Source: a bacterium (GTDB lineage Bacteria > Patescibacteriota > Minisyncoccia > Phycocordibacterales > CALRBL01). From it: 64,000 bases of DNA. The stretch is taken from NCBI GenBank assembly GCA_027487075.1, contig JAIYEG010000002.1:1244-65243 (forward strand). The letters run 5' to 3'. Below the pieces are notes generated by a model, which was given only the letters and a program-made list of their open reading frames with translations, searched no databases and was not told the origin of the DNA. Shown piece after piece: positions 27,235 to 36,970 of the stretch. The stretch's first letter is position 1. The number at the start of each line of letters is the position of its first letter. The translations under genes and the position numbers were made by a program.

Positions 27235-27673
27235 AAGTGAAGGGGATTGCTACTCGATTGCAGATTTGAAACGCGACAAACGCACGGCGTGGACGGGAAT
27301 TCGCAACTATCAAGCGCGCAACTTTATGAGAGACGGCATGAAGAAAGGAGATCTCGTGCTTTTTTATCATTCACAATCTGAACCGTCAGGTATCTACGGT
27401 CTTGCAAAAGTAGTGAGTGAGCCGCATCCCGACGAGACAGCGTTCGATAAAAAAGATGAGCACTATGATCCGAAATCAAAACGTGAAGCCCCAACATGGA
27501 TGTGTGTCGATCTGCAGTACGTAAAGACATACAAAGAGCCACTCAGTTTGGCGGATATAAAGCGTGACACAAAGCTCGAAGGTATGTGGGTGACACGAAA
27601 AGGAGATCGTCTGTCGGTCCAACCGGTGTCGGAGAAACATTTTAAGTGGATTGAGAAGTTGTTGAGTAAATAA
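27215..27673 (+). CDS. EVE domain protein
   Basis: YWLVKSE, WTGIRNYQARN, RLSVQPV. Confidence 0.9.
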   Translation: MNYWLVKSEGDCYSIADLKRDKRTAWTGIRNYQARNFMRDGMKKGDLVLFYHSQSEPSGIYGLAKVVSEPHPDETAFDKKDEHYDPKSKREAPTWMCVDLQYVKTYKEPLSLADIKRDTKLEGMWVTRKGDRLSVQPVSEKHFKWIEKLLSK

Positions 27674-27731
27674 AAAGCCGCCGATGGTAGGTCGACTGTG
27701 AGTTCTTCCGGTAGAGTATTACAAATCGTGT

Positions 27732-27768
27732 TTTTTTCTAAGGTCACAAATTGTGACCTTAGAAAAAA
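27732..27768. repeat. 37-bp palindrome, copy 2
   Basis: TTTTTTCTAAGGTCACAA-A-TTGTGACCTTAGAAAAAA; reverse complement of 20972-21008. Confidence 0.9.
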
Positions 27769-27771
27769 GCA

Positions 27772-28383
27772 TCATTCACACACTCCCTCCGCCCACAACC
27801 CTCGCTTTTCGCGCTGTGCTTCTTTCTCCGCCGCCTTAAACTCAGCCTGATACTTGTAAGGGATCTTATTGTAGGTGTATTCGTGCGCGTATCCTTGCTC
27901 GATGAGCACTTTGTTGAAGTTTGTGCCGTCTTCAAGGATGATGTAGCCAAGGTCGCGACCGTACTTGTCTGGGCCCGGATTGCGCTCATCGCTCTCTATG
28001 CGCACGTGCTTTCCGGCGAGCATCATTTTGGTGAATTCAGACGCTTCTTTACCAAAACACTGCACGGGTTTTCGTGGGTCTACCGTCTCTGGTGTATCAA
28101 CACCGATCATGCGCACGGTGACGGGCTTGCAATCACGACTTACCGTGATGGTGTCGCCATCACTCACCTCGACGACTTCGAGTGAGCTTGTTGCGCTTGT
28201 AGTCGATGCCGCACCTTCTTCGATGATGCAGGTATCAAAATACATCGTCTTCTTGATGTTCTTGTTGAATGGACCAAACACCTCTTTCTGAAGTGATCCA
28301 TCGGGATCAAAAAAGACCACGAGTAATACAAAAAGACAAGCGAGGAGGGTAGAAATAAGCTTCTTTGCGTGCTTTTGGGGCAT
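27772..28383 (-). CDS. Thermonuclease (SNase) family, membrane-anchored
   Basis: VSDGDTI, VRMIGVDTPE, DKYGRDL, KRGLW. Confidence 0.9.
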   Translation of the reverse strand: MPQKHAKKLISTLLACLFVLLVVFFDPDGSLQKEVFGPFNKNIKKTMYFDTCIIEEGAASTTSATSSLEVVEVSDGDTITVSRDCKPVTVRMIGVDTPETVDPRKPVQCFGKEASEFTKMMLAGKHVRIESDERNPGPDKYGRDLGYIILEDGTNFNKVLIEQGYAHEYTYNKIPYKYQAEFKAAEKEAQREKRGLWAEGVCE

Positions 28384-28443
28384 CTTGCTTATGATACGAC
28401 AAACCGCGTATAATGGACACATTAGTAATAAGATCGAAATAAA

Positions 28444-28986
28444 ATGAACTCTACAGACAATAACAATAAGACCGCAGGACAGCAGATGGTGTTCGACAAG
28501 TACGTAGCGATTGCGCTCGTGGTGGGTATCGTCGCTGGTTTTATCATTGGTAACAGCGTAGGAAGTAACAGAGCGAAGATGAGTAACACCGCATCAAGCA
28601 CCGATAAAATGATGCTCGCAAGCTCAACTGATTCAATGATGGAAGCGAATAACGAATCTTCAATGATGATGAGTGGTGATTGGATTAGTGTTGAAGAACA
28701 AAAGGCGGGTAATATGGTAAAAGTTTCTAAGCTTACACTCGATGGTACCTATTGGGTAGCAGTTCGTGACGATCACAGTACTACCAAGAATCCCTACGTA
28801 CTTGGTGCAAAGAAACTCATGAAGGGAACATACACTGATGAGTCGATCTATGTATCACGCGCAACTGAAGCAGGAAAGAGCTACGAAGTAGTGCTCTTCA
28901 AAGATGCTCCAGACTTCAACTACAGCGCTTCAATGCTCATCAAGGATGGGGATCATCCAAAGGGTGCAACCTTCAAGGCTAACTAG
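28444..28986 (+). CDS. Membrane-anchored hypothetical protein
   Basis: Single N-terminal TM, Met/Ser-rich linker, beta-rich C-terminal domain. Confidence 0.7.
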   Translation: MNSTDNNNKTAGQQMVFDKYVAIALVVGIVAGFIIGNSVGSNRAKMSNTASSTDKMMLASSTDSMMEANNESSMMMSGDWISVEEQKAGNMVKVSKLTLDGTYWVAVRDDHSTTKNPYVLGAKKLMKGTYTDESIYVSRATEAGKSYEVVLFKDAPDFNYSASMLIKDGDHPKGATFKAN

Positions 28987-28994
28987 CCTTACGC

Positions 28995-30695
28995 ATGCTT
29001 GAGGCCCTAAAGCCCTACCGACTTCATATTAGTGCGATAGCCCTTTTGTCCACTGTGGCAAATGGGCTTTCGTTATATTTCCCTAAAAAGACGGGAGAGT
29101 ATATTGATATGTATCAAAGTGGTACGGGAGATGTGTGGCTCTTTTTGTCGGTGCTTGGTGGGATTGCGGTCGCAATACTCGTCGCAACACTCCTCCAGGC
29201 ATTTATTTCAGTGTATGCATCAGAGCGTATTGCGTTCGATATCCGCCAACTCCTCATTAAGACATTAAAAGATCGGTCATTCTCGTATATTCGCGACATG
29301 TCGGGCGGACGTCTCATTACGGTGCTCACCTCTGATGTTGATGCAATTAAAAATCTAGTGGCTTCAGGTATTGCATCGCTTCTTATGTCGGCAATTACGC
29401 TCGTCGGTGCCATTATCTTTCTTCTCACTATCAACTGGAAGATGGCACTTCTCACACTGTCGGTGATGCCGTTTATTCTGATTGTCTTCGCACTGGTATT
29501 TCGTCGGCTGGGGCCGCTCTTTGGTATGAGTCAAGCGAATCTTGATGGTATTAACCGTGTGATTAATGAAAGTATCGTCTCCGCACCGCTCGTGCGTGTT
29601 CTGAATGCAAAGCAAGCAGAAGTGCAAAAGTTTGATGTGGTGAATAAGCGAAGTAACGATATTGGTATTCAGATTGCGACATTTTTTGCGGCACTGATTC
29701 CGGTTATTACATTGCTTGGTCAGGGTGCGGTGCTTGTGGTGTTGTGGTTCGGAGGAAAGAATGTGGTGGCAGGTACGTTGAGTTTGGGAGAGATGAGTGC
29801 GTTCTTTGCGTATACATCAGCGTTTATTTGGCCATTTTTTGTTTTGTCATTTGCGAGTACGTTTATATCTCGCGCTCAGGTATCGTGGAAGCGCATTAAA
29901 GAAGTGCTCGATAGTGATGACAAGGCTGTCGCGAAAGAAGCACATGAGGGAACGCACCGAAGTGAGCTCAAAGGAGAGATTGTATTCAAGAATGTCACCC
30001 TTCGCTATGGTGAAAAAGAAATTCTCAAAAATATTTCATTTGCCATCAAACCTCACACCAAGACGGCGATTCTTGGTCCTACCGGAGCCGGAAAAACAGA
30101 GCTGGTGTATCTTCTTGCGGGGCTTGCCACACCGACTGAGGGATCAATCCATATTGATGGTGTGTCGGTGAGTGAGTGGGATCAAGAGGCGCTACTTTCA
30201 AAGATGGGGATCGTGTTTCAGGACAGTATTGTGTTCAATGCATCGCTCAAAGAAAATATTTTGTTCAAACACGGTGCTGATGAACGTCGACTCACCTCTG
30301 CACTTGAAGTGGCAGAGCTATCAGGACTCATCGATGAATTACCACAGGGAATCGATACTGATGTGAGTGAGCGCGGTACTAGTCTTTCTGGAGGGCAGAA
30401 GCAACGCCTCATGCTGGCGCGCGCACTCGCAATCAATCCCTCAGTCTTGCTTCTTGATGACTTTACGGCGCGTGTCGACGCAGGTACCGAAGCACGCATT
30501 CTCTCAAATATACGGCACGCGTTCCCGAACCTAACACTTATTTCGATCACCCAAAAGATTGAACCTATTAAGGATTATGATCATATCATCGTACTTATGG
30601 AGGGAGAGTTGATTGCACAAGGAAGACATGACGAGCTCATCAAAAACTCGCTTGAGTACCAGCAAATATATGCGTCACAACAAACCGCATCATAA
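28995..30695 (+). CDS. ABC exporter subunit (TMD + NBD)
   Basis: GPTGAGKT, LSGGQKQR, degenerate Walker B LLLDD. Confidence 0.92.
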   Translation: MLEALKPYRLHISAIALLSTVANGLSLYFPKKTGEYIDMYQSGTGDVWLFLSVLGGIAVAILVATLLQAFISVYASERIAFDIRQLLIKTLKDRSFSYIRDMSGGRLITVLTSDVDAIKNLVASGIASLLMSAITLVGAIIFLLTINWKMALLTLSVMPFILIVFALVFRRLGPLFGMSQANLDGINRVINESIVSAPLVRVLNAKQAEVQKFDVVNKRSNDIGIQIATFFAALIPVITLLGQGAVLVVLWFGGKNVVAGTLSLGEMSAFFAYTSAFIWPFFVLSFASTFISRAQVSWKRIKEVLDSDDKAVAKEAHEGTHRSELKGEIVFKNVTLRYGEKEILKNISFAIKPHTKTAILGPTGAGKTELVYLLAGLATPTEGSIHIDGVSVSEWDQEALLSKMGIVFQDSIVFNASLKENILFKHGADERRLTSALEVAELSGLIDELPQGIDTDVSERGTSLSGGQKQRLMLARALAINPSVLLLDDFTARVDAGTEARILSNIRHAFPNLTLISITQKIEPIKDYDHIIVLMEGELIAQGRHDELIKNSLEYQQIYASQQTAS

Positions 30696-30699
30696 CAAT

Positions 30700-32457
30700 A
30701 TGAAAAATTATCACCTCACCAATGACATACAAAACAATGAAGCGTATCTCAAACGTGTATTTCGTAGTATTAAAGAGATAGGCTCGTATCTCAATAAAAA
30801 ATCATTTTTTACAGCGGTATTTCTTGCCTTATTGACCTCAGCTGCTGCGGTGCTGACACCATACCTTCTTGCTCATGCGATTGATACCTATATTGCGAAG
30901 AATGATCTTGCGGGGCTTTTACGTCTCATCTTCCTTCTTGCAGTGGTGTATGTGGTATCTTCGGTGACGCAGTACTTCCAGCAGATGATTATGGGGCGCG
31001 CCAGCATGAAAGCGTTGTATAAGATACGCGGAGTGATATTTGCGAAGATTCAGTCATTACCGATTGCCTTTTTTAATCAAAATAAAGCAGGAGACTTAAT
31101 GTCGCGTATCAATAATGACTCCGACAAGCTTAGTCAATTTCTCTCAGAAAGTATTCTCCGCTTTACCGGAAGTGTATTTACTCTTTTGGGTATTGCGATT
31201 TTTGTACTGTATTTGAACTGGAAACTTGGGCTTGTATTACTTTCTTCTACGGTCTTTTTGGTGATCGTGACAAGATTCGTGTCGCCACAACTTGAGAAAG
31301 CAAACAAGCAAAGCTCTGGCGCGCTTGGGCAGTTTACCGCAGGGGTGTCTGAGCAGCTTTCAAACTTTAAAGCGATCATCGCATTCAATCGACGTAACTT
31401 CTTTGATGAATTCCTGAATAGGCTTAATAGTGAAAATTACATGCGTTCGCGTAAGGCAGGCTTTCTTAATCAGATATTCTCACCACTGTATGACTTTGCT
31501 GGCTATATCGCCCAGGCAGTCGTACTAGTGTATGGACTGTATCTTATAAGTCAGGGAGAACTTACGGTAGGTCTTCTTATTGGTTTTCTTACCTTCGCTC
31601 TCCGTTTTTACGATCCACTCCGCTTTATCGCAAACATCTTCGGGGAAATTCAGGTATCGCTTGCGTCGTGGGGACGCATTAAAGATATTTTAACACTCGA
31701 TTCGGATATTGTGACACTTCCCGCACAAGCTGCACAAGGTGTGACGCCACCACCTCCTTTAGTGCGTCTTGCATTCAAAGAGGTGAGTTTTACATACGGT
31801 GAGGATCATGTGGTGCTCGACAAGGTGTCGTTTGCACTTGAAAAAGGGAAGACGTATGCGCTTGTTGGTCCAACAGGAGGAGGAAAGTCGACGATTGCGA
31901 GTCTTATGGCACGTCTCTACGACCCAACAGATGGTGTCATCGAATGGGAAGGGCGAGACATGCGCACACTCACTGAAGCAGAACGTGCCGAGCGGATTGG
32001 GGTAATTCTTCAGGAGCCGTACCTTTTTTCGGGTACGGTAGAGGAAAATATCCGCTATGGTAACGCGAAGGTGCATGACAAAACCGAAATCACTGATACC
32101 GAATTGCTTGGATTGCTGTCACGCCTACCAGATGGTTTGGCAACTAAGGTAGAAACAGGAGGAGAATCAATCTCCATCGGACAGCGTCAGCTTATTTCGT
32201 TCGTGCGTACCGTGCTTCGCAAGCCAGACCTCCTTATTCTCGACGAGGCGACTGCAAATATCGATACAGTGACCGAATCCGCACTGCAAGAACTTATCAA
32301 CTCACTTCCACCGTCTACTACGAAAGTGATCATTGCACATCGTCTCAATACCATCACGCAGGCAGATGAAATCCTTTTTGTGCGTGGTGGGAAGGTGCAA
32401 CGAGTATCAAATGAGAAGGAGGTGCTCAAGCTTCTCACCGCAGAATCTGCCAGCTAA
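30700..32457 (+). CDS. ABC exporter subunit (TMD + NBD), heterodimer partner
   Basis: GPTGGGKS, degenerate signature ISIGQRQ, LILDEAT, IAHRL. Confidence 0.92.
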   Translation: MKNYHLTNDIQNNEAYLKRVFRSIKEIGSYLNKKSFFTAVFLALLTSAAAVLTPYLLAHAIDTYIAKNDLAGLLRLIFLLAVVYVVSSVTQYFQQMIMGRASMKALYKIRGVIFAKIQSLPIAFFNQNKAGDLMSRINNDSDKLSQFLSESILRFTGSVFTLLGIAIFVLYLNWKLGLVLLSSTVFLVIVTRFVSPQLEKANKQSSGALGQFTAGVSEQLSNFKAIIAFNRRNFFDEFLNRLNSENYMRSRKAGFLNQIFSPLYDFAGYIAQAVVLVYGLYLISQGELTVGLLIGFLTFALRFYDPLRFIANIFGEIQVSLASWGRIKDILTLDSDIVTLPAQAAQGVTPPPPLVRLAFKEVSFTYGEDHVVLDKVSFALEKGKTYALVGPTGGGKSTIASLMARLYDPTDGVIEWEGRDMRTLTEAERAERIGVILQEPYLFSGTVEENIRYGNAKVHDKTEITDTELLGLLSRLPDGLATKVETGGESISIGQRQLISFVRTVLRKPDLLILDEATANIDTVTESALQELINSLPPSTTKVIIAHRLNTITQADEILFVRGGKVQRVSNEKEVLKLLTAESAS

Positions 32458-32536
32458 TCGGCAGTGCTTGTTATCCACAGAAGCATGATTTCTGCTTCAT
32501 TGTGTCTTCATTTTGGTCTATACTTAAAGTATATAT

Positions 32537-35500
32537 ATGAAAAAACATGCTGTGCTCGGATCAGGCATCCTTTTTATTCTTTCGGGTATTATTGCATTAG
32601 TAGCATTCTCTGGTGTGGTATCTGCGGCAACACTTGCGACACCTGTGGTTACCACAAAGACAAGTGCATTATGTGGTGGATCAATAGAGCTTTCGCTCAC
32701 GCGTCCGGTTGGTAGTGCAACAAGTTTTGCAATATATCGTGCTCCATCTACAGGTGGAGCACTTACCCTCATCGCCACAGTCCCCTCAACATCGGGGACA
32801 TTTTTGTATACAGATAGAAATCTCACTCCATCAACTTTATATTCTTATAGGGTACAAGCAAGAAGTAGTAAGCTTACTTCAGCCCAGAGCGCAACTAAAA
32901 GTGCAATGTCATCAGCAAGGTGTCCGGACGCACCAGTTAATCCCGTTAACCCAGTGCCACCACCTCCACCAGAAATTAACCTGAGCAAAGTAGAGGGTTG
33001 TGCCGATAATGCTCTAGTTAATGTTGCAATTTATGATACAACAAGAGTGTATGAACGTGCGTCAACCACTTTTCAAATCTACCGAGCAGTTGCTGGCTCG
33101 TCGTCGTATACGCTCATAGGGTCAATACCTTACGAGAGCTATATCACACATTATCGAGATAGGTCTTTTGTACCTGGTACTAACTATAGTTACTATGTCG
33201 TGGCAACGCTCAGAGGTCTTGCATCATCACAGGGTAGTCCAAAATCAGTGACTGCTCCCGCGGTATGTCAAAAAATTGAGACACCAACTAACTTCAAAGT
33301 GTCACCAGCACCTTCGTGTGGTAATAGAGTAACCCTTACTTGGGATGCGCCGAAGAACGGACGTGGGTACAATTATCAAATATATCGTTCACTGTATCCG
33401 CAAGATGACAATCGTTTCCAAGTGGTTGTAGAGAATAGTGTAAACCTTATACCATACAGTACTTCGACATACTCTTTTACTCTTAGTACTCCGCCAACTG
33501 GTACCGTCTACTATAAAATTAGGGCGACGGATCCAACGAATGCCAAACAACCCGCATCTGATTTCACCCCAATTGTAGGATCTGTCGGGTCAGGAAAATG
33601 TTTAACAGCCCCTGTTGTTAGGGCCGCAACTGCTTCATCGTGTGGTGGTAAAACAAACGTAAGCTGGAATGCAATTGCTGGAGCAACAGGATATAGAGTT
33701 TACGCCTCACCAGTATCTACAGGTGCTTATAAGGCCATTGGAGTGGTGACAAGTACTACTTTTGTTGCGAGTTCAGCGCCGCGCACCATACAGTATTATA
33801 AAGTTGCTCCTATGATTGGAGTGTCAGAGTCACCAACAAATTCAGTAGGGGTAAGTGCGCCCTCGTCTATTGAGTGCTCTACCGGTCAGACATTACAACT
33901 ACGTTCTAGTGGATCGCTCGAACAGTGCTCATTTTCTACACGACTCTCTTGGGATACCGTTCCTGGGGTAGCTGAATATCGATTGTATCGAGTCATTGGG
34001 CCAAATTCTGCAGTAGTATATACAGGTGATCAAACCAGCTTTGATGTTATGACATATTTTGGGGATTATTCTTTCTATGTTGTGTATGTGGATGATACAG
34101 GTAAAGAAAATGGTAAAAGTAATATTGTCAGAGTCCCTTCATCAAATTTTAATTGCCCACTGACGACGAACGTTTCTTTGGGAGGATGGAATGAAAGTGT
34201 CTATGAACCATACATTGAGGCGGCTTCTGGGATTGATGAGTCTTGGTCGGGAGATGGAGATACAAATGGAAATGGATACTGTGAATTTGGAGAGCGATGT
34301 TATCCTTCAGCAGAGGGTGAGTCAGATAATAATGTATTTGATAATTCCGGATTAAATTCTTCTCTTGATAGAGTTGGAGATACCGATATTGGTATTGCTC
34401 CGATCGCGCTTAACCCATCGATACGTAGTAGTGGGATTGATAGAGGTAAGCGATATCTTAACTTCATTGCAGATTTTGGAACAGAACCATCGAGACAGCT
34501 TCCACCTGATTGTTTTGAATCGATGACATCTTACAAAGATAGTAAGGGAAGATATCTTCCATCGGCTACTTCTTCGCGTATGATTGAAGATGCAACTACT
34601 AAGTTTGATTTAGGTGGTAATAATAAATTTTTTGGAGTACTCATGAAGCTTGATACAGGCAAATGTAAAGATAAGACACTTGCTCAACAACTCACTACAT
34701 TCTCGTACCCACCTTCTCAGCCTTTCTCTGATAAAGCAACGTTTAACAATAATGTGATGCTCACTGATGATAGTATTCGATTAAATTATAATGCATATGA
34801 TTGGGGTTCGGGAACCTTTGCAAACTTTCCACAAGGAGTAAGTGCTGATATTCCTTGGGCAGACAAATATCAATTTGGAGTTAAGAGTTTCAAGGCACGT
34901 TATTCTGGTGAATTAACTCAAAAGTATATTTCCGGATACACTGATTATGAGCCTGATGGTACAGAAAAGTGGATAAAAACAGAAGGTAGTCTTTCAATGA
35001 CCGTTGCAGGGCTTACGAATCTTACTGAGGTTCTTGAACCAGGTAATGCTCAAGAAGAGTTAAGGAAAACAGGTATATTTAAAGGTACTGGTGTGGGTAG
35101 TGTGTCAGTTACATACCCCAAGAATTTTGTTAGTTGTGAGAGTTCATCATACTCGGGTACGTTTCCAGTTGAAATCACTGTAGATCTTACTAAAGCAGAA
35201 AAAGTTGCGGCGGGTAATTCAGTTTATCCATATACGGTAGATTTTACTGCGCCGATTAACGTAAAGGGTAGCGCTGTAGTTAAGGAAATTGAACGATGTG
35301 ATGGTGAAAGCGAACGGGCATATGAGCATTATCCTGAATTCAGCACCCAAAATAATTCAAATCCGAAAAATAATATACCTTATTATTCAGCACAAGGTAC
35401 TATAGGTGGTAAAACTACTGAGCTCCGCTTTGTTAAGAAGGCGGTTGATGGTTATCCTTGGACAGATTGTCCTCCTCCATGGAGTGGTTCCGCAGAGTGT

Positions 35501-35725
35501 CCAGTGACAACAACCTCATTTAATTTCACTATCGATGTTGTTCCTGAAAGATGCTACACCTATGCACTTGACGGTGTTGCAAAGTATAACGATGATTGTA
35601 CCCCTACTCTCGATAATCAAGGTTTGTCGAAAGAAGAATCAAAAAACTGGCTTGCTCTCATATGGGAAAACATGAAAAGCTTTGTGGGATTTGCTGCAGG
35701 TTTAATCATTAATATATTGTCATGA
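32537..35725 (+). CDS. Large secreted protein with fibronectin type III-like repeats
   Basis: Signal peptide; several repeats with (L)xW...YxIYR...Y.Y.V.A pattern, each bracketed by Cys; hydrophobic C-terminal tail. Confidence 0.75.
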   Translation: MKKHAVLGSGILFILSGIIALVAFSGVVSAATLATPVVTTKTSALCGGSIELSLTRPVGSATSFAIYRAPSTGGALTLIATVPSTSGTFLYTDRNLTPSTLYSYRVQARSSKLTSAQSATKSAMSSARCPDAPVNPVNPVPPPPPEINLSKVEGCADNALVNVAIYDTTRVYERASTTFQIYRAVAGSSSYTLIGSIPYESYITHYRDRSFVPGTNYSYYVVATLRGLASSQGSPKSVTAPAVCQKIETPTNFKVSPAPSCGNRVTLTWDAPKNGRGYNYQIYRSLYPQDDNRFQVVVENSVNLIPYSTSTYSFTLSTPPTGTVYYKIRATDPTNAKQPASDFTPIVGSVGSGKCLTAPVVRAATASSCGGKTNVSWNAIAGATGYRVYASPVSTGAYKAIGVVTSTTFVASSAPRTIQYYKVAPMIGVSESPTNSVGVSAPSSIECSTGQTLQLRSSGSLEQCSFSTRLSWDTVPGVAEYRLYRVIGPNSAVVYTGDQTSFDVMTYFGDYSFYVVYVDDTGKENGKSNIVRVPSSNFNCPLTTNVSLGGWNESVYEPYIEAASGIDESWSGDGDTNGNGYCEFGERCYPSAEGESDNNVFDNSGLNSSLDRVGDTDIGIAPIALNPSIRSSGIDRGKRYLNFIADFGTEPSRQLPPDCFESMTSYKDSKGRYLPSATSSRMIEDATTKFDLGGNNKFFGVLMKLDTGKCKDKTLAQQLTTFSYPPSQPFSDKATFNNNVMLTDDSIRLNYNAYDWGSGTFANFPQGVSADIPWADKYQFGVKSFKARYSGELTQKYISGYTDYEPDGTEKWIKTEGSLSMTVAGLTNLTEVLEPGNAQEELRKTGIFKGTGVGSVSVTYPKNFVSCESSSYSGTFPVEITVDLTKAEKVAAGNSVYPYTVDFTAPINVKGSAVVKEIERCDGESERAYEHYPEFSTQNNSNPKNNIPYYSAQGTIGGKTTELRFVKKAVDGYPWTDCPPPWSGSAECPVTTTSFNFTIDVVPERCYTYALDGVAKYNDDCTPTLDNQGLSKEESKNWLALIWENMKSFVGFAAGLIINILS

Positions 35726-36477
35726 AACGAATAACAAAACTTAGCATCATCTTGGTATTTGTTGTATGTATATTTGCAGCAGCAGGGTATCTTCAAGGTG
35801 CTTCAAAAAAATCGATAGTAGGTCAAATCGATGATCCTGCGTTGCATAAGGCTCTTCTTGAGTGGAGAATGAATAAAAATTATATTACTTACTATGGGAC
35901 AGAGTGGGATCCAACCAGAGGCACATCAACAATCACAGGATTACCATTTAGAGATCACAAATTAATTCCAGAGAATCCTGTTACTAAAATAAAATATCCT
36001 CGCTCAATTACGATGTACTGTGCATTTCCTATGGCTGAGTTTCTACCGCGGAATCTAATGAAATATTGGAATCATGTTACCCCAACGCAAGACCCTGAGG
36101 GAAAACAAATTGTAGGGGGGGTTAATCTTGTTAGTTATGTGGTAGGACGATATTATTACATGGAAGTAACTCGTCTTACGCCACCTGAGTCTGACTTGGA
36201 TCCACAACCTGAGAGCGATAAAGTTTATGCAATTATCGATGATCGTGGTCCTGACTATGCGGGAACACTTGATTGTTCTCCTGCGGTATTGAGAACATTG
36301 GGGGTTAAATCAATAAAAATTAAGGATAGAAATATGAATAGTAAAGATCTTGATAATAGAGTAAGTGCACGTCTTGTACCAAAAGATAGGTTTATGAGTG
36401 GTGAGTATGATGCTGCGTTTAAGTTCCAAAAAATTATTTACCCTGTAAGGAGAGAAGAGATTAACGTGAATCAGTGA
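35722..36477 (+). CDS. Membrane-anchored protein with possible RlpA-like double-psi beta-barrel
   Basis: N-terminal TM; ITYYG, AIIDDRGP, LDCSPAV motifs. Confidence 0.5.
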   Translation: MKRITKLSIILVFVVCIFAAAGYLQGASKKSIVGQIDDPALHKALLEWRMNKNYITYYGTEWDPTRGTSTITGLPFRDHKLIPENPVTKIKYPRSITMYCAFPMAEFLPRNLMKYWNHVTPTQDPEGKQIVGGVNLVSYVVGRYYYMEVTRLTPPESDLDPQPESDKVYAIIDDRGPDYAGTLDCSPAVLRTLGVKSIKIKDRNMNSKDLDNRVSARLVPKDRFMSGEYDAAFKFQKIIYPVRREEINVNQ

Positions 36478-36484
36478 TATCAAA

Positions 36485-36949
36485 TCACACCCCCTCCGCA
36501 TTGCGGTAGGGGGTGGTTGAGGTGATTTTTGGTTTCTTGTGAAGAGCGTGCAGGAGTATGAATCCCGTGCGCACCTCACCGGTCTTGGTGTTGGTAATAG
36601 TGCATTCCGCCACCACAATGACTTCGCCAACAGAAGGACTGTCATCAAAAGCGAATGACTTTTTGAGGGGCATCATCCGGTCATTGATGAACGCGGTTAC
36701 ATCGCCGTTGCGTGCAACAACGAGTGCGGTCGTGGTGTGGAGCTTGATGATTCGATAAGAAAGAGAATCTTTCCGATCGGGCGGGTTGAGGAACTCCGTG
36801 TAAGCGCTCTCGTGGAGTACTATGGGAGGTACATCAAACTCCATGCCAGGAATGAGTTCGACTGTCGGTGTTGCTTCGGTGGCGAACGACGCCGAAGTAG
36901 TTGTCAGCATCGCGACAACAGCGCAAAAGATGGAAAGAGCAGTATTCAT
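36485..36949 (-). CDS. Secreted hypothetical protein
   Basis: Signal peptide ending ASFA; 154 aa. Confidence 0.55.
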   Translation of the reverse strand: MNTALSIFCAVVAMLTTTSASFATEATPTVELIPGMEFDVPPIVLHESAYTEFLNPPDRKDSLSYRIIKLHTTTALVVARNGDVTAFINDRMMPLKKSFAFDDSPSVGEVIVVAECTITNTKTGEVRTGFILLHALHKKPKITSTTPYRNAEGV

Positions 36950-36970
36950 TCATCATAATTATACCATTTT

